Source: Fimbriosthenelais zetlandica
Lineage: Eukaryota
Reading direction: 5' to 3'
NCBI GenBank assembly: GCA_977030845.1
Contig: OZ365109.1
Location: 38,874,001-38,938,000, forward strand
Length of the DNA stretch: 64,000 nucleotides
Each line of letters opens with the position of its first letter. Within the stretch, counting starts at the first letter, position 1. Shown one piece after another: positions 12,001 through 27,000 of the stretch. A program made the position numbers and the translations under genes. The notes beneath the pieces were generated by a model that did no database searches, was not told the origin of the DNA, and was given only the letters and a program-made list of their open reading frames with translations.

Positions 12001-15000
12001 TTCATTTCATACCATGGATTTTTAAGCTGAAAATTTTAAAATGAAATAGAGCCATCTTGCTGTTGGAGTCAGTGATGTGTCACGATCTCCCGCCTGCTCC
12101 TTGATTAGATGCTTATGACCCATGGACGTGCCCATTATAAGGCCCTGATAGAGAATGGAATAATCAACGTGCAGTCCCATAATCATCACTGACGTGAAGC
12201 CATCCCCCTCGTTATACCCAGGATGAATGACAGAATGAGAATCTTTCCTCTACTTGCAAAAAAACTGAAGAGGGAATAACTGCGGAGATTGCAATGCAAT
12301 TTCACTTAAGGGGGAGTCTTCAGCCGTGATATACTGCTATCTTCTAATGCTAAAACCATATTCAATGCATATGGACTGCAGACAGTGGTATTTAAGTTTT
12401 ATAATGGGTGATATAACTGCACTTATAGTCTAATATCCATCCTGATATACATGTATAATGGGTGTTTATTCTTAATGTTCATTTCACTCAGAATTTCATT
12501 TGTTCCCCCATCTACATGCTCCTTGTCATATAGGAGGGGAGTTAGCTTAGTTGGTTAGAGAGCCAGGTCATACAGGGTGATTGACCAATGATCGAAGGGT
12601 CGGCGGTTCAATCCCCCGAGCTGTCTAAGGCATTTCCAATGCCTCTCTCCTCAGGGTGTTGGTGCGTTATACATGTTCTAGAGCACATGCACCTAGAAAT
12701 ATCCATTGCGCAGAAGGCAATGTATCAATGCACATAGAAAGAGCCCCGAGCTGAAAATCATACGAAAACTTGTGTAATCAAGAGTGTGAGCTGGTATTCA
12801 CCCATAACAGGCTCTATAAAAATTCTAACTAAAAAAGAATGTGGATCTTCTCAGTGAAATCGTCAACTGTCTAGACAGGGATCTTTACCACAGAGCCATT
12901 TCATTATAATCATCCAACACGCGTGACACTTAAGACACTTCAGTCGGAATAATTGCGGCAGATAAAAATTCATTCCCAGGAGCCTGTCTCCAGCTTCCAT
13001 ATGCCATATGTTGTCTAAATTAGCCCCCGAGCCATACACCTGTCCCAATTACCTTGATTCCTACAAAAAACACGTGTCTGGTGCTGTATAATTCGGATCT
13101 CCCCTGAGACCGTCTTTCCGCAGCATTCATGTAAGTTTTGGTCATGTTTATTTGTTTTGCTTCTTGTTGGGAGTGTAACTGTCGGTGGTGGGAGTTGTTT
13201 ATTCATCATGAGTAGCTCACAAGTTGCTCTTGCCATGCCGTTTACACATTAGCTTCGTCAGCCCACCTCAACCATCCATTCCCTTTGCATGATTGTGAGC
13301 AAAGAACTACAAGCATCTCTGGCAATTGCCAAATGTACAGTTTAAGTGATGCTACCTTTTCACTTGACTCTCCATGTCTATGGCTTACTCACTGATTAAA
13401 GTTTTAATGGATGTTCTACCAATAGTCCGCCCACCTTCTATACTTTTGAATACGGTGATTTGTAACTTATCTTTTCATTAAGTTTTATCCTGATAGTCAA
13501 GGATAAGGTCAAGAATATTTGAGGGAGAATTGATTAAAGACACCTATGGTTGGACTTGCCTATGAGGCAAATTGCCATTTTAAATCAAAATTTCAATTAG
13601 ATAAAATATTTTGATATCAGGGGCCTGTTGCAGAAGCAGTACATAAGGTGCCCACACACTAACCCGATTATCCATCCGGCTCCATCCGATATTTGACTAA
13701 AACTAGTATATTTCTCTTCCCACCTTATGCTTGTAATTTTATCAGTCCTTTACAACTAGGTAAGCCTAAACTCAGACGCAATTACAATCATTAGAAATGG
13801 GGAATCGGATGGCGCCGGATTGGAGAATCGGATGAGTGTATTCCACGTTGTAGTCCAATGTCCATGCTCAATATAAGAAAAGTGTTGCACAAGAAAACAG
13901 TAGTCTACATTGAGTGACAACACGCTATTTTACGAAACGTTACCAAATTTCGGTGGAAATCCTTGAATTAAGCAACAGTTGCACTTATAGGGACAACCAT
14001 GGAAGGACTAGCACTGACCAGCTGGCTTTCAACTAAAGCCAGGTGTTAGATCCCTGTGTACACCAATCCTTTCTACTCTGGCACTTTGCTGGCATAGGTA
14101 CTGCAGCAGTGATGCTCAAAGAATGCACTCTTCCTGACTTTCATGTTTCTAGTTGGAAGCAAACAGTCAAGCCGATGTGTATTCACGTTGAAGGTACCAG
14201 ATGTACACATTGACAACACCTAGTCAAGTGGGCACCAGTTCCCTGTGTATTGCCAATATCAACCCAGGAGCCTATTTCAATGGGAATATTAGTCGTAGAC
14301 TTAGCATTGCTAATATTCCTTTAGAAACCTGCCCCAGATTCGCAGTATTTATATATCACGAGATGAAAAATATTATTGGTTATTCACAATATCTGGGTGT
14401 TAATTAACTAATGGCATGTCAAGAATGTTTTTTATTCTTGTACACGTGCTAAGTTAATTAATTAAATACGCCCACTCGGAACCTTTTATTGTCACATGTA
14501 CATTTCTCGATAAGTTGATCCAAGTCTGGTTGTGATATTCAAGAGGGTGCAAAATATTCAACGTACCTTTATAGGAGTCTTGTGAAAAATGGCTAAACAG
14601 AAAATTAGCATCGCAGATATCCAGCGTCTGCTATATAAAGCTTTGATCACACTTCCAGTTGTAGATCAGTCCCGGGGGAATGCTAGAGTGGATATTGTCT
14701 ATTCATTGCCAAGCGATTGAGCATAATTAATGACCGAGCTACTCACTTGTGATTTGACCTCTCATTTATCTTAGTTTATCCTCCCAGGATTATAGAAATC
14801 CCACTGGTGAGAATTTTCTTATGCCGGGCCCACACAGAGGCGATTTACCCAAGCGGTGCAGAGCGATAGTATATTTCTAGTCACACCGAATGCTTGTAAT
14901 TTTAACAGTCCTTTAAACCTAGCTAAGGCTAACTAACCACTGACAAAATTACAAGCATCGGGTGTGACTAGAAATATACTATCGCTCTGCATCACTTGGG

Positions 15001-18000
15001 CAAATCGCCTCAGTGTGGGCCCGGCATTATACTCTCTCTTGTTGCACGATACCCTATGCTCTGGTGCTGTGAGATTCACTTGGTGTATAAATGATCGAGC
15101 TATTATAAAGCATGGAAACTAAAGGCTCCCTCTGGGCTCTTTTATATCCCAGGGCTCTATAGATAAGACCCATTATTCTTATGCTACAACGTTAGTTTAG
15201 AAGTGTGAAAGTATTAGATTGCATTGGAAATTGATGGGGGAATTCAATCTATGCATCAGCACATGCATCACATATTTGTTATTTTATCTCAAATAAATCT
15301 GACACCTTTAGGGCCTGGGATGGATTCATTGAATTATGAACTTCCTCTGGATAATCTTTTGTAAAATAAAAGTGATTGAGTCTTTGATCTCAGTTACAGT
15401 AGCCTGAAATTGTCTTTCCATGTGGCTTGGTTCAGGCACTAATTGTATACACCATGCCAGTTAGCTTTTAGAATGGATCTCATTTCGCTCGATATTAATT
15501 AGTAAAGTTTGCCGTTGAGAACTTGGCAGGGAGTGTAGTTGGCACATAGACTGGGACTTGGCTTCTTTGCCAGTACCTTCCGGGGTGGGGTGAGAACCTG
15601 CAATCAAAGCAGCTTTATGTTGGCTTAGCTTGTATTATGGTGTTATAACTACAGTTTGCTCCCTGATTTATCACACATCCTTCATGGTTTATGTCATTAC
15701 CTGATTGTATGCTGTCAACATCACCTATGTTGGGCCTGAGTTAGGGTGGGTGCATGGTGCCTATTAGATTAGATTGAGATCGGTTCATTCGGCCCTGATT
15801 TTTCAGACATGTAGGCCTCTTAATATGCTACTCGGAGATGTGATTAAATGCCATTCATTCCTTTACAAAGTTCTACAGACAATTTTTTCTACCTGACTGG
15901 AATAAATGCCATCAGAATTTTGCCTAAGGGTCAAAAGACCTTTTAAGGTTAAAATTTAAGGTTAAATTAAAATTTCCAACCATATAGAGAAAACATCTCC
16001 CGCAATAACAGTGAAATACTTAAATTTATCCCCATGAAACCATTTTGGGTTTTGTTTTTGAATGACAGACTGGGCCCCTGAGACCCCAGTTTTTCAGGTA
16101 TGTTATGTATTATTCAGCAGGGGATTCTTCGTGTAAAATATTGATAAAAGTGCTCTTCATGCATTTTTAAATTTCAAATTTCTTTAAATAATCATTGAAA
16201 AAGCACACGAATGGCTTTTGGCTTATGTACCGATGCAAGTGCTAACCATGCATATAATATCTTATATGCCTTGACAGACATAGACATTATTTTGAAATCA
16301 ATCATTGTCATGTACAATATGTCAAGATCACAATGCCATGGCTTGTCAGATCCTCTTGTACTGGGAAGTTGTACAGAACAAACCCTCAGTAAATCAATAT
16401 ACTGTATTTCCTGTTTGTGACACCTTCCATTTACTCTGTTCATTGCCAGTCAAGACCACAGTACAATTGGCCCCTCTTGAGCATTGTAATGTAGTGGGGG
16501 TCTTCATATTTTGGCGGTCACCGGGGCCTCATAGGGCAAAGGCCTTGTAGACAGTATCTCTAGTGAAGGGTAAAGGCTGCTATATAGGGCGAAACAGGGT
16601 GAAGGATCGATGGTAGGCTGCCAGTATAATATATACTCACACCCTGCTATTCAATCAATACCTGGGCTCGCTCTACCCGATCGCACTGTCGCAATTTGCG
16701 AATAAAAATACTACTTTGCTAAAAGAAAATGACTGTTATTCGCTAATTTTGCGAAATAAAAATCACACCTAACCACCGTAAAATCGCACAAATATCAGAG
16801 TTGAAGGAAAAAACCAACTAGCAATGTTTCCTTCAAATTGGCATCTGCTAACGCCAACTGCAAATTGCTAAAAGAAATTTGGTGTCTTTAGCACTTTTTG
16901 CTAAAAGAAATTTGTGGTTAGAATTAGCCCAGAATACATAATTATATCTTTGCATTTCATTTTTACTACTTTTCTTCAAGTAGCATTCCTGAAACCATGT
17001 ACCGGTCTGAAATAGATGTTAGGTTAAGTCAAATTATTAGAATCCAGGATATAATTTATCTCGCATCGCTTTTTGCGACGTAATTTGATGTATTTGCGAT
17101 AAATAATCAAAATGGCATCGCAATTTTTGCAATACATGTGATCTGCATTCTTCTGGTGGCAAAAACGATCAACTTGCATAGCAAATTTAGCAATTGTTTC
17201 AAACCAAATTGTACCCTGGAATTCTAAGATAGGTAAATTCTAGGCTTTCCCTTGCACAGTTGTTGATGATAAATCCAGTCCTATATTAGAGGTCTAGGAG
17301 GGTGGGCAGTGAGAAGTTTCATTATCCCTCACCAAGTACTATACAGTGCCTTGTCAGCAGCTTTAGGGCCGTCTTGGGAGGCCTGACCCCAGCACAGGGC
17401 CACCTATATCACTGTACCATGGACAGGATCCACATCTGAGGCTTTCACAATAAATATTGTACACCTAACCCCATTGTAAAGTGCCCTATAGCTGCCTGAT
17501 CCTAGCCACGGATGGATTTGAATCTACCAATTCTATTATTCCCAGCATTAGAGGAATTATTGTCAGGATGAGCCATATAATCTATACGTCCCCAAATCTA
17601 GTCTTAAGCCTGGACTCCACTATTGCGATTTTTCTTGCGACACAACTGCGACAAAGGTGATGCTTGTGTTGCAATGAAAAAATTTCCACTTGAGGATGAC
17701 CACAAGGCCTTGGTCACCTCAACTACAATTTTTAAATTTTATTGCAACGCAAACATCACTGTTGTCGCAGTAGTGTCGCCAGTAAAATCTCAATCACTGT
17801 TGTCACAGTAGTGTCGCCAGTAAAATCGCAGCAGTGGAGGACGGCCTTTGGATATAACTTCTTTGAGATTATTCCCCTTCCGAGAATTTTGCTAATCTTT
17901 CACATGGATAACCTTTTCATGCACTGATGAATCGACCACTGAAACAATCAGGAATCTAGACCTATATAGGCAATATACTGTCGAACTTATATATATATAT

Positions 18001-21000
18001 TATCTTGTATCATATTTCCCTTCATATTAGAGACAATCAATATCTTTTCTTCATTTTGTATGGACAGTCATGACAGTAAAATTCATCTCCATTACTTCAA
18101 CACTGTTGCTTTACGCATACGCGCATATATTTCTGTCTGTGTATGGATTTGATTCACACCATTGTCAAACAATGTTAAAATGAAAGAAACCAAACACGAA
18201 ATGGGAGGGGAAAGGTCAATAACCTCTGTCAATGTAGTTGGGAGTTAAAGTGTTTGAAGCTGGTAGCTCCTCCATACAGACCCCCCCACTCACGTTCCTT
18301 CAAACCCCCTACTCCTATTTATAAAGCTTTCAACTTTTTTTCCTCTCTCTTTTGAGATGTTGAGAATTTTTTTTAGACTTCATCATTTTGGCTTGCCATT
18401 TTTTTTTTTTTTTTATAAAACCTGCTTAACTTTGAGCGACGCAACATTTAACTTTTAATTCAATATATCAATCAATGGGTGTTTGGAGTGATTTTAAAAC
18501 AAAAAACTAAACCCCTACATCATAAAATGATATGTTTCTTTGGTTCCAAATACAAATATCTGGTTTAGTACACACTACAGGCTACAGACATTTATAGAAA
18601 AAAGTGTTCCAGAGCTATTTTTATAGATGACTTTTGTTGCAAGTGTTTATAATAAGATACTGTGAAGTTTTCCATTGGTACTAGGAGCATAATGGCTTTT
18701 GACATGTAACAAGGCATTAGAGCGCTGCCTATTGACAATGTGTGTTTGAGGCTGACTACAGGCTCAGTTTCCGCTGACAGGCCTGACTCAGGAGTGAGGA
18801 CCTAATGCCTCACATCTTCCAATTGATGTGAAATCTAAAATGTGGGTAAAGAAAATTATTTCAGATCGATATATAATCATATCTTTTGTATTGATCTCAT
18901 TGTTGTGCAATGACATGATACATGACAGTGTAAGACAGTCCTTCCAAAATTCACATGTCCCTGAATGGGGACACCCTACTCATACTTTAACCCAAAATTG
19001 GAATCTACAGAGAAATTCCCATTGTTTCTACAGATAATTAGTAGAAAGTTCACAGTCTTGAGGATGACAGTATCTCAATAGTTGTCTGGCTCCAGTTCAG
19101 AGTTCTTCCCCTTTTGTTCCAAATGTCTATGGGGAGACATGAGAGGGCATCATTCTGCATTGTCAGCTCGTTTAGACAGCTTAAAAATAATAGACTTCCC
19201 CTTCACTAATACCGTCAAGAGCAATTAAAAGGCCTTGCCTCTCCGGAGGGAGGAACGATCGAAGTGTCTGCCTCCACTCCACACCACTCTATACCAGGCT
19301 AGTTAGACGAATCTAACACCATTCTCATGATTAAGATGGCCGTAATGAAAGGAGACACATTGACTGTTAATTGATAGGATTCTGCCCGTTAGAATGGTAA
19401 TATTCTATTTGAACATTGATTGAATTATGGCCGTTTTTATCAGTGATGTGATGTGGTGCTCTTTGAGAATGAGATTCATTTTACTCAAGCGCTCTCTCTC
19501 TATCCCAGTTTTTGCCCATATATTGAATAATAGAACGTCATAAGTGTTCCGGTAAATGCCTATATATTACATATTTAAATATACAGTGCATCCCACTTAA
19601 ACCGACCACCTTTAGGACTAACCAAGAAAGGTCTCTATAAGGAGGTGGTCGGTTAAGAGGGGTATTTTAAACCTGAAAGAAAATGGAATCAGACGAACAT
19701 GGTCGGTTTTGGGGGTGGTCGGATCTGGGGGAGCATTGTTTAATACACCAACGACAATCTGTCGATGGTTCATTGCCAATGTCATTTGGATCAATGTCAT
19801 TTCTTTCTGGGCTACACTTGATTGATAACAAGGGGCTTACACTGATCCATCTATGTCATTTCAAATAGTTATAAGCTATCCCCCGTTTCGAAAAATCCTT
19901 TCAGTCAGGTGGGCTAGATCCAGTGTATTTATTCAGTTCATGATAAAATGTACCCACACTGTATGTGCCCTCACCTTCCAGCTTCCTCCATTATAAGCCT
20001 TTCAAGGATATCAAGGATTTATTCATCCTATATAGAATCTCTTAAAAACTCTTCACCTAAAGAAGCGCTGTGACCAGACCTCATATCTAGAAGGGACATG
20101 CGCCTATATGAGATGAATTTAAGTGTCCCATATCAATTCCCCGTGCAGGCGCCTTCCAATTTCCCCGTCATTTATGAGTCACTCACCACCAGAATTACAT
20201 TAGTGCCACAGCATGAATATACAACTTAAAAGCCCTGGGCATTTTTGCCTTTGGGATGCCTCTTGTTGTCCGCTGCTAATGGTGACAGTGGGCTACTCTA
20301 TAACTTAAAACCTATTCATCTAAGGCACTGCCTCTCCATGATCGCTGCTCAAGGCATGTGTATGCTCTTGCATGGGCTGGAAGAATGAATGAAAAATATA
20401 ACTAACAATACCGGCAGATTCCCGACGTAATTAAAATTAGTAATTACTGTATAGAGTCGATGGATGAAAGATGATTTGAAGGCATGTTATGACTTTAGAC
20501 ATTGACATTCTGCTCCACCTGTGTCTGGGAAGCCTGCTTGGAAAGTGGCAAGAAAGTAATTGGCACACCCTCTGAGCCCTTGACTATGTAATTTATGCAT
20601 GGCCATTTCTTGGCTCTTGACTTGGCTCAAAGGACGACCATCACCTACATTAGCCTGAACCCTGTCCTTCTACCTCTGGCTCTATAGGGGCTCCTCCACC
20701 ATGTACAAAAGCCTTGCGGGTGCTTGTCAATGTTCTTAGCATATATTCGCAAGCATTTTTAACGTAAACATTTTTTTAGTTAGAATTTTTATAGAGCCAT
20801 ATTATTGGTGTAGCCAGCTCACGCCATATTATGGGGGAAGGCCTTTACCGTGAATTGCGGCGAATTTTCGCTACAAAATTCAAATGATTTAATTTTTGAT
20901 ATTGGATGCGATTGCTTGCGACATGAAAACTATTCGCAAGCTGGAGCTACAAGAGAATGCTTGCAAAATTGGCATGAAAAAAAAATGTCAAGCCATTTGC

Positions 21001-24000
21001 CCTGCAGTAATAGATATAATTGACTACAACTTTGTAGAGAGCTTTACCCCCAAGGATGGGCCAGATCCTGTCCATCTATATTCTAAACCCATCCTTGTAA
21101 ATTGTATAGATTCCATGACAGTGAGTGAGGTCAATTAGAGAAAATCGCCCCATTGCACAAGCAACTGTTATCCATTAGATTTGCATTGACGACAGATCGT
21201 TGTGCAATGAGCCAAATAATAAAGCACTCGACCATTGAGAACCAATTGCTCAGTGACAGAATGAGCTGGGTTGTTTACGGTTTTGCATTAAAGACATTTT
21301 ACGTTCAATCGCAGGTGTTATCTGTAACAGAACCTTCCAGCCCTTTCCCTTACTTTCGTTAATTAGAATTATATTATAGAGCCATGTTATTGGTGGATAC
21401 CAGCTCACACTCTTGATTACTCAAGTTTTTTTGATTTTCAGCTGGGGGCTCTTTCTATGTGCATTACTACATTGCCTTCTGTGCAATGGATATTTCTAGG
21501 TGCATGTGCTCTAGAACATATGTACAACGCAGGAGGCAACAGGAGGCATTGGTCCAAATTCTTTGGACAGCTCGGGGGATTGAACCGCCGACCCTTCGAT
21601 CATTGGTCAACCACCCTGTATGAGCTAGCGCTCTAAACACCAGAGCTAACTTCCCCCTCCTTCTTCAATTAAGCCCTGGTTGTAACGACTTTAGGCCTAT
21701 ACATTTTTCAACCCCATGGAAAGCGTTGAAATATAATATACTTTAAACGCTGGTAATTCACACATCATTGTATGGTTTCTCCTTACACTGATGGAGACAT
21801 TGTTGGTAGTCTATTACCGGCAGAGAGGCAGTCTGACACCCATGTACTGGAGCTCCGTTAGCCCTGCACTCGTCCCGCCCACTTGGGATGGCCTGGAACC
21901 AAGTGGTTAAACATCCACCATTGTGAGATCTGCCATATTTTGATTCCAAGTGACGCATTAGTCATGCACATATTGATGCCATTTTTCACACCTCTACGCT
22001 GTTTAAGTTGCTTCTTATTCAGTAGTCATTCCATGTGGAACCCTTGGATTACAGAAACCAAAGGAAACTCATTTGAAGCTATTCATGGGATTTTTGTTTT
22101 AAGCATTTCTTTTAATGCTGTTTATGATTGTTATATGCAGGAAAATAGTCGTGAATTTCTCACGGATTTCATGTGTGGATTTCTTGCATGTGTCGGTCTT
22201 TACCCTTCTTTCTCCTACGTTTGAGAGATTGGGAGTATTTGATTAGTTTTCTGCCTGTCCATTATCCGTATTCAAGACGGGAAACTATTGGCAAACAGTA
22301 CAGTCACAAAGCTCTAAGAAAAACAAGAAAGAGGGGGCAGGTTTTATTCGCATCCAATTATTACTGAATCTGTTACTGAATTTCTTTTACTGAATCTCTT
22401 TTACTGTGAACACTGCATGTCAGGGTTTCAAATAAATCATTTTGTTTCCTTCTCCAATTGTTAAATCCTCCCTCGTGGCTCAGCCGAGATTAGGTGCAAA
22501 ACGTTGACCTTTTTCTCCAACTTTTCTTTTTACTTCTCTGCCAGGGAATATACATTTTATGGTCTGTGACATCATGGAAAACTTGTTTGTTCCTCTTTCT
22601 TTGACGCCTTTAAAAATATCTGGAAATTAATCCGACACTCACACAGAAAACTCAGGTTTCATTTTAAATTTCATTAGAAGACACAATTTGTGGTTCATTA
22701 TTTCCTCCGTTAAACGTGGAGAAAAATGGGACTGAGGAAAAGTAGAAGAGATGGTGGCAGGAGGGAAATTGAGAAAAATCAAGATGTATGGCTAGAGATA
22801 ACTGGTGACTTATGAGCGTGCAGTTAGTGCCGAAAATCATTCACGGAATAAAGCATAGCTCTGCTAAAAATGGGAGGAAATGCCACTCTGGTATCACAAC
22901 TAGGAATGGCCTAATCAGCCCACATCTGTAGTCCATTCACCAGAAAATACCTTTACCATTAGTCCATCAATGGGCCTCTCATTCATTGCTTATATGCGAC
23001 AATAACAGTGGCTAAAGCTTAGGAAGTACACGCAAACAGATGCCTTTGTTTCTGGGGCTGGTGATTAAGTAGGTCTAAAGTTTATGGTAGAATATTGGAC
23101 AGTTTGTAGAAGGAAGGGGTGTGTCTCCATGATGTGTCATGAATGTTGATCCAGCTTTTGTTCTCCCATGGTCATTGTGAGCGTGACTTAAACCATTCCC
23201 TCACTAAAATAAGCTGGTCCCTATAACTTCCATTGAGAAGATAATAGTATTAATGCCATAATGTGGTATCTTCCATATGAGGTATAACTATGGTCATGCT
23301 ATCACATAGGACTACAAGGTAGTACGATTATTGCTTTCCCAACGTTTTGGTTGCAATCGATAGAATATCTGCATGGTTGAGAAATTTAATTATGGACTGA
23401 AATTAAGGGATGTTTCAATTTATCCCCCCCCCCCCTCCCTCCCTTTTCATTCAGACCCTTTATCTCTTTATCTTAATCCTCTTGGATGCTTCACATATCA
23501 CCAATAAATGGATGCCAGGAGATCTGTGACTTATTCCTTAATTAGCAAATTGCTAAGCACTGGTTACCATGTAGATTTCTATGGAGATTATTGCTGTCAG
23601 CATCAATATTTAATGTGTGTAGATGTCATTGATGTTCGCTACAGGAATGTGATGTCCTTTGGTGGTAGAAGCTGTGGCAATTAAATACGGCCTACCAAAC
23701 AGCTTATAGGCCGTCACAGCATGATAGAGCCATCTCCATGTGCGTGCATCACGATCAATTGTCTATGTGAACAACATCCTGGAGCAATCCATTACAAGAC
23801 TAAAGCCTGGACTCCACTGCTGCGATTTTGCTTGCGAGACAATTGCGACAAAGGTGATGTTTGTGTCGCAATGGAAAATGTACCAGTGAAGGACGGCCTT
23901 GGACATTTCGACATTTTATAAATTTTACTGCGACACAAGCATCAGCTTTGTCGAAGTTGACACAAGCATCAGCTTTGTCACAGTAGCTAGTGTCGCAAGC

Positions 24001-27000
24001 AAAATCGCAGCAGTGGAGTCCCGGCTTAAGGTGGAAATGCTGTATTGTTATATTATAACAACTTCCTTGTACATGTTCTTATTATGTGCACAATGCCTTA
24101 TTTGATAAATCTGAATTAAGTGAATGAATAACATGAACAAGCTGGCTTCACAAACAAAAGGAAACAATAACCTTGCTCTTTTCGTCATGTGTTCATATTA
24201 TAATGAACTATATGCATGCTGGTGTTCCAGAAGGCCGTATGTATTGTAATAACCTCTTGTTGAAATGTGCTGCGTGTGCCATCAGGAAAGAACCTGCCTA
24301 AAAGGTCTTGAGAAAAGGCCAGGTGAACCTGCAGCTGCATTGATCCTCCGCTAACATTAACCCACGGCACAGAAATGAGAAGATGGTGAAGGAACATAGC
24401 AAAGTAAGGGAATACTACATGGGTAGTGGTGCTATGATGAAGACCTTGAGGTTCAATGATGAACATATCATAAGGTTTCATTGGTTCTCTGAACCATTTT
24501 GTCAAGGTATGGAATAGACTATATATAGTTCTTCACTAGTTGTAAAGTCTTTGCTCAGTCATTTTAGTCTTTAGTATGGCTGTGCAGTACTATCACTCAG
24601 TTAACCCAAAAGAATCATGAGATATTAATGCCTACTGTATGGAATTTAAGCAATTAACAATTTGTGTTAAACTGCTCTTGGAAATTTGTAAGCTTGTCCA
24701 TTTGACACTTGATCATAGTACATCCAACTCAGTTCTGGGTACATGATATGATACCTCATTTATTGGTAGACTATCCTAAAGAAATACTATGTAAAAGGAT
24801 GTCAATAATAGCTCACAGCACCACGGCGGTGTAGTGGTTAGAATGTCTGCCCCGTGTGTGGAAGGTCGTCGGTTCAAACCGCAGCTGGGTCATAGCAAAG
24901 ACTGAAAAAAATGGGACAAGTGGCTCCTTCGTCTGGCACACAGCAATAAGAGGACAGTACATGTACTAGCACTGGCCAACCCGGTTATTGGTTGAGGTAT
25001 CATGCCATTTGCCTGTGACATGATACCTCAGTGAGGCAGCACTATGAAAGAGCAATGGGCTCACTAGTAGGCACATTCCTGATATAAATGGAAAATAGTT
25101 GAAAGGTGACATTAAACAAGCATAGCATCAATAATAGCTCCACCATATAACATCATACGGTAGGTACAGGTACTATGATACCATTACTGTTGTATCTTGT
25201 TACCCTTTCATACCTGTACCGTAATATAAATACGGGTTCGTCAATAAGCTCTGCACCCTGTGTCTTTAAACCACAAAGTGACATTTAAACAGAAGCTAAT
25301 ATATAGGTCATGCAATGTGGTTTGGTTCAGTTGGAAATGTCCATTAAACCAAGTAATATTATCATTATGATTGGTGTACTGCTGCAGTGATTAAGAATTT
25401 ATTTTAAACATGAGTTTCTTCTGCACATTATTAATGTTATTAAAATGGTGCGAAGAGAAAAAAATAAATTAGAAGAATGGTTTCAATTTGTATTCCTGAC
25501 CTCGAATCTGGAATTACTTTTCCTTCAAACAATTTCCAGATGGTCCAGATTGGTTTTCCCTCATTGAATTTCCACATTTTAAAATCCTGCGTGGGGAATC
25601 CATTATTGTGACAAGCAATGTTTTTTTCCACCAGCCATTGCAGGCATTATGATGCATTCTGTTCTCATGATCACAAAAACAACAGCCTCAAATTTACCTC
25701 ATGAAGGTATGAATTGTTTTAATCGCATGTCTCCACCCAGGTCCATCAAATCTCGCGTGACAGTAATATCATTGAGGATTTTTTTGGCAATTCACTTCAT
25801 CAAAATACAGTGATTTTTTCGCTATAATCACTGAGAAATATTTAGTTGCAGTTGGTTTCAACTGATTGCTTTACACTATATTATTTTTGAACTGGTTGAA
25901 ATGAAATGCAATACGGAGGAGGCGTATGATCTTGACTATTGGCAGTAGAAAGGATCTAATATGTATTCATTATCCTTGCCTGAAAGACTTGTTACAGGTA
26001 AGAGCTATATATGATGGACAAAAACATAGGTGTTCATGACCCGAGTCATTCTGAACTCCGGGCTGAACTACCTCATTATATGAGTGCAGTTCTTAACCCG
26101 TACCATACAGTTATTGATAGGTTTAACAGTACTGTAAAATGATTAACATAATACTTTCCCTATATGAAAGAAACTTGATTCTTTAGCCTAAAATTGTCAA
26201 AAATTAATTTGTCTTACTATTGATTGCATATGAAAAGACCTAGGCCTATTTTTTGCATTAGTCAGGAAGCAGAATCTAAAAAATCGAGTTTCGCTAAACA
26301 TTTTGAGTAGAGATTGCCAACAAGTAGTAACATGGAGTATATGGCCCAAACCGAAACTGAAACCGAGTCTCTGGATGTCTTTAAAACTAGAAAAATCATC
26401 TTAATATAGAAAACACCACAGATAAAAACCCCCATTGAGGATATAATACTATATCAACTTAAGATAATCACTATGTCATTGGAATGACTATTGAATGATA
26501 TCATTGTTTTACCGTTCTGTTGACTGGGCATTTGTATACAGCCGCGGACCAACCGACATCATTCAATTGTCCTCTTGTCATATATGCCGGCGAGGAATCG
26601 GAATTTAATTTCCAACCCTGAGGAGTGAATTTGAAGCAGAAACAATACCACTTTGTCCACCATTGTATATTTATCCCCCACGGGCAGACTTTATGATGGA
26701 GGTGCCGTTTGAAAAGCCTTTGTCTCTATTTGCTTGATGAATGTTGATGGTAATCTGGAGGAGGTAGGTGAAAAAATACATCTCTCTCCCAACCACTGTA
26801 GTCTGACTAAAGCCTGGAACACACTAATCCGATTCTCCAATCCGTCGCCTTCCGATACTATCCGATACCCTATTTATAATGACATCTAAAGATTAAAATT
26901 TTATCAGTGGTTAGCTTTATCTAAGTGTAATTTTTAAGTCTGTTCAAATTACAAGCATTTGATGCGAATAGAAATATAGTTTTGGACAGCTATCGGATGG

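Noticed and set aside
24185-24505. 106-aa minus-strand ORF
   Set aside because: No recognisable domain and only weak donors (gttcac, gttctt); within chance expectation for 64 kb.
24812-24832. REST/RE1-like CAGCACCACGG near a neuronal channel gene
   Set aside because: The right half-site (GGACAG) is absent, and the match is the start of a SINE.
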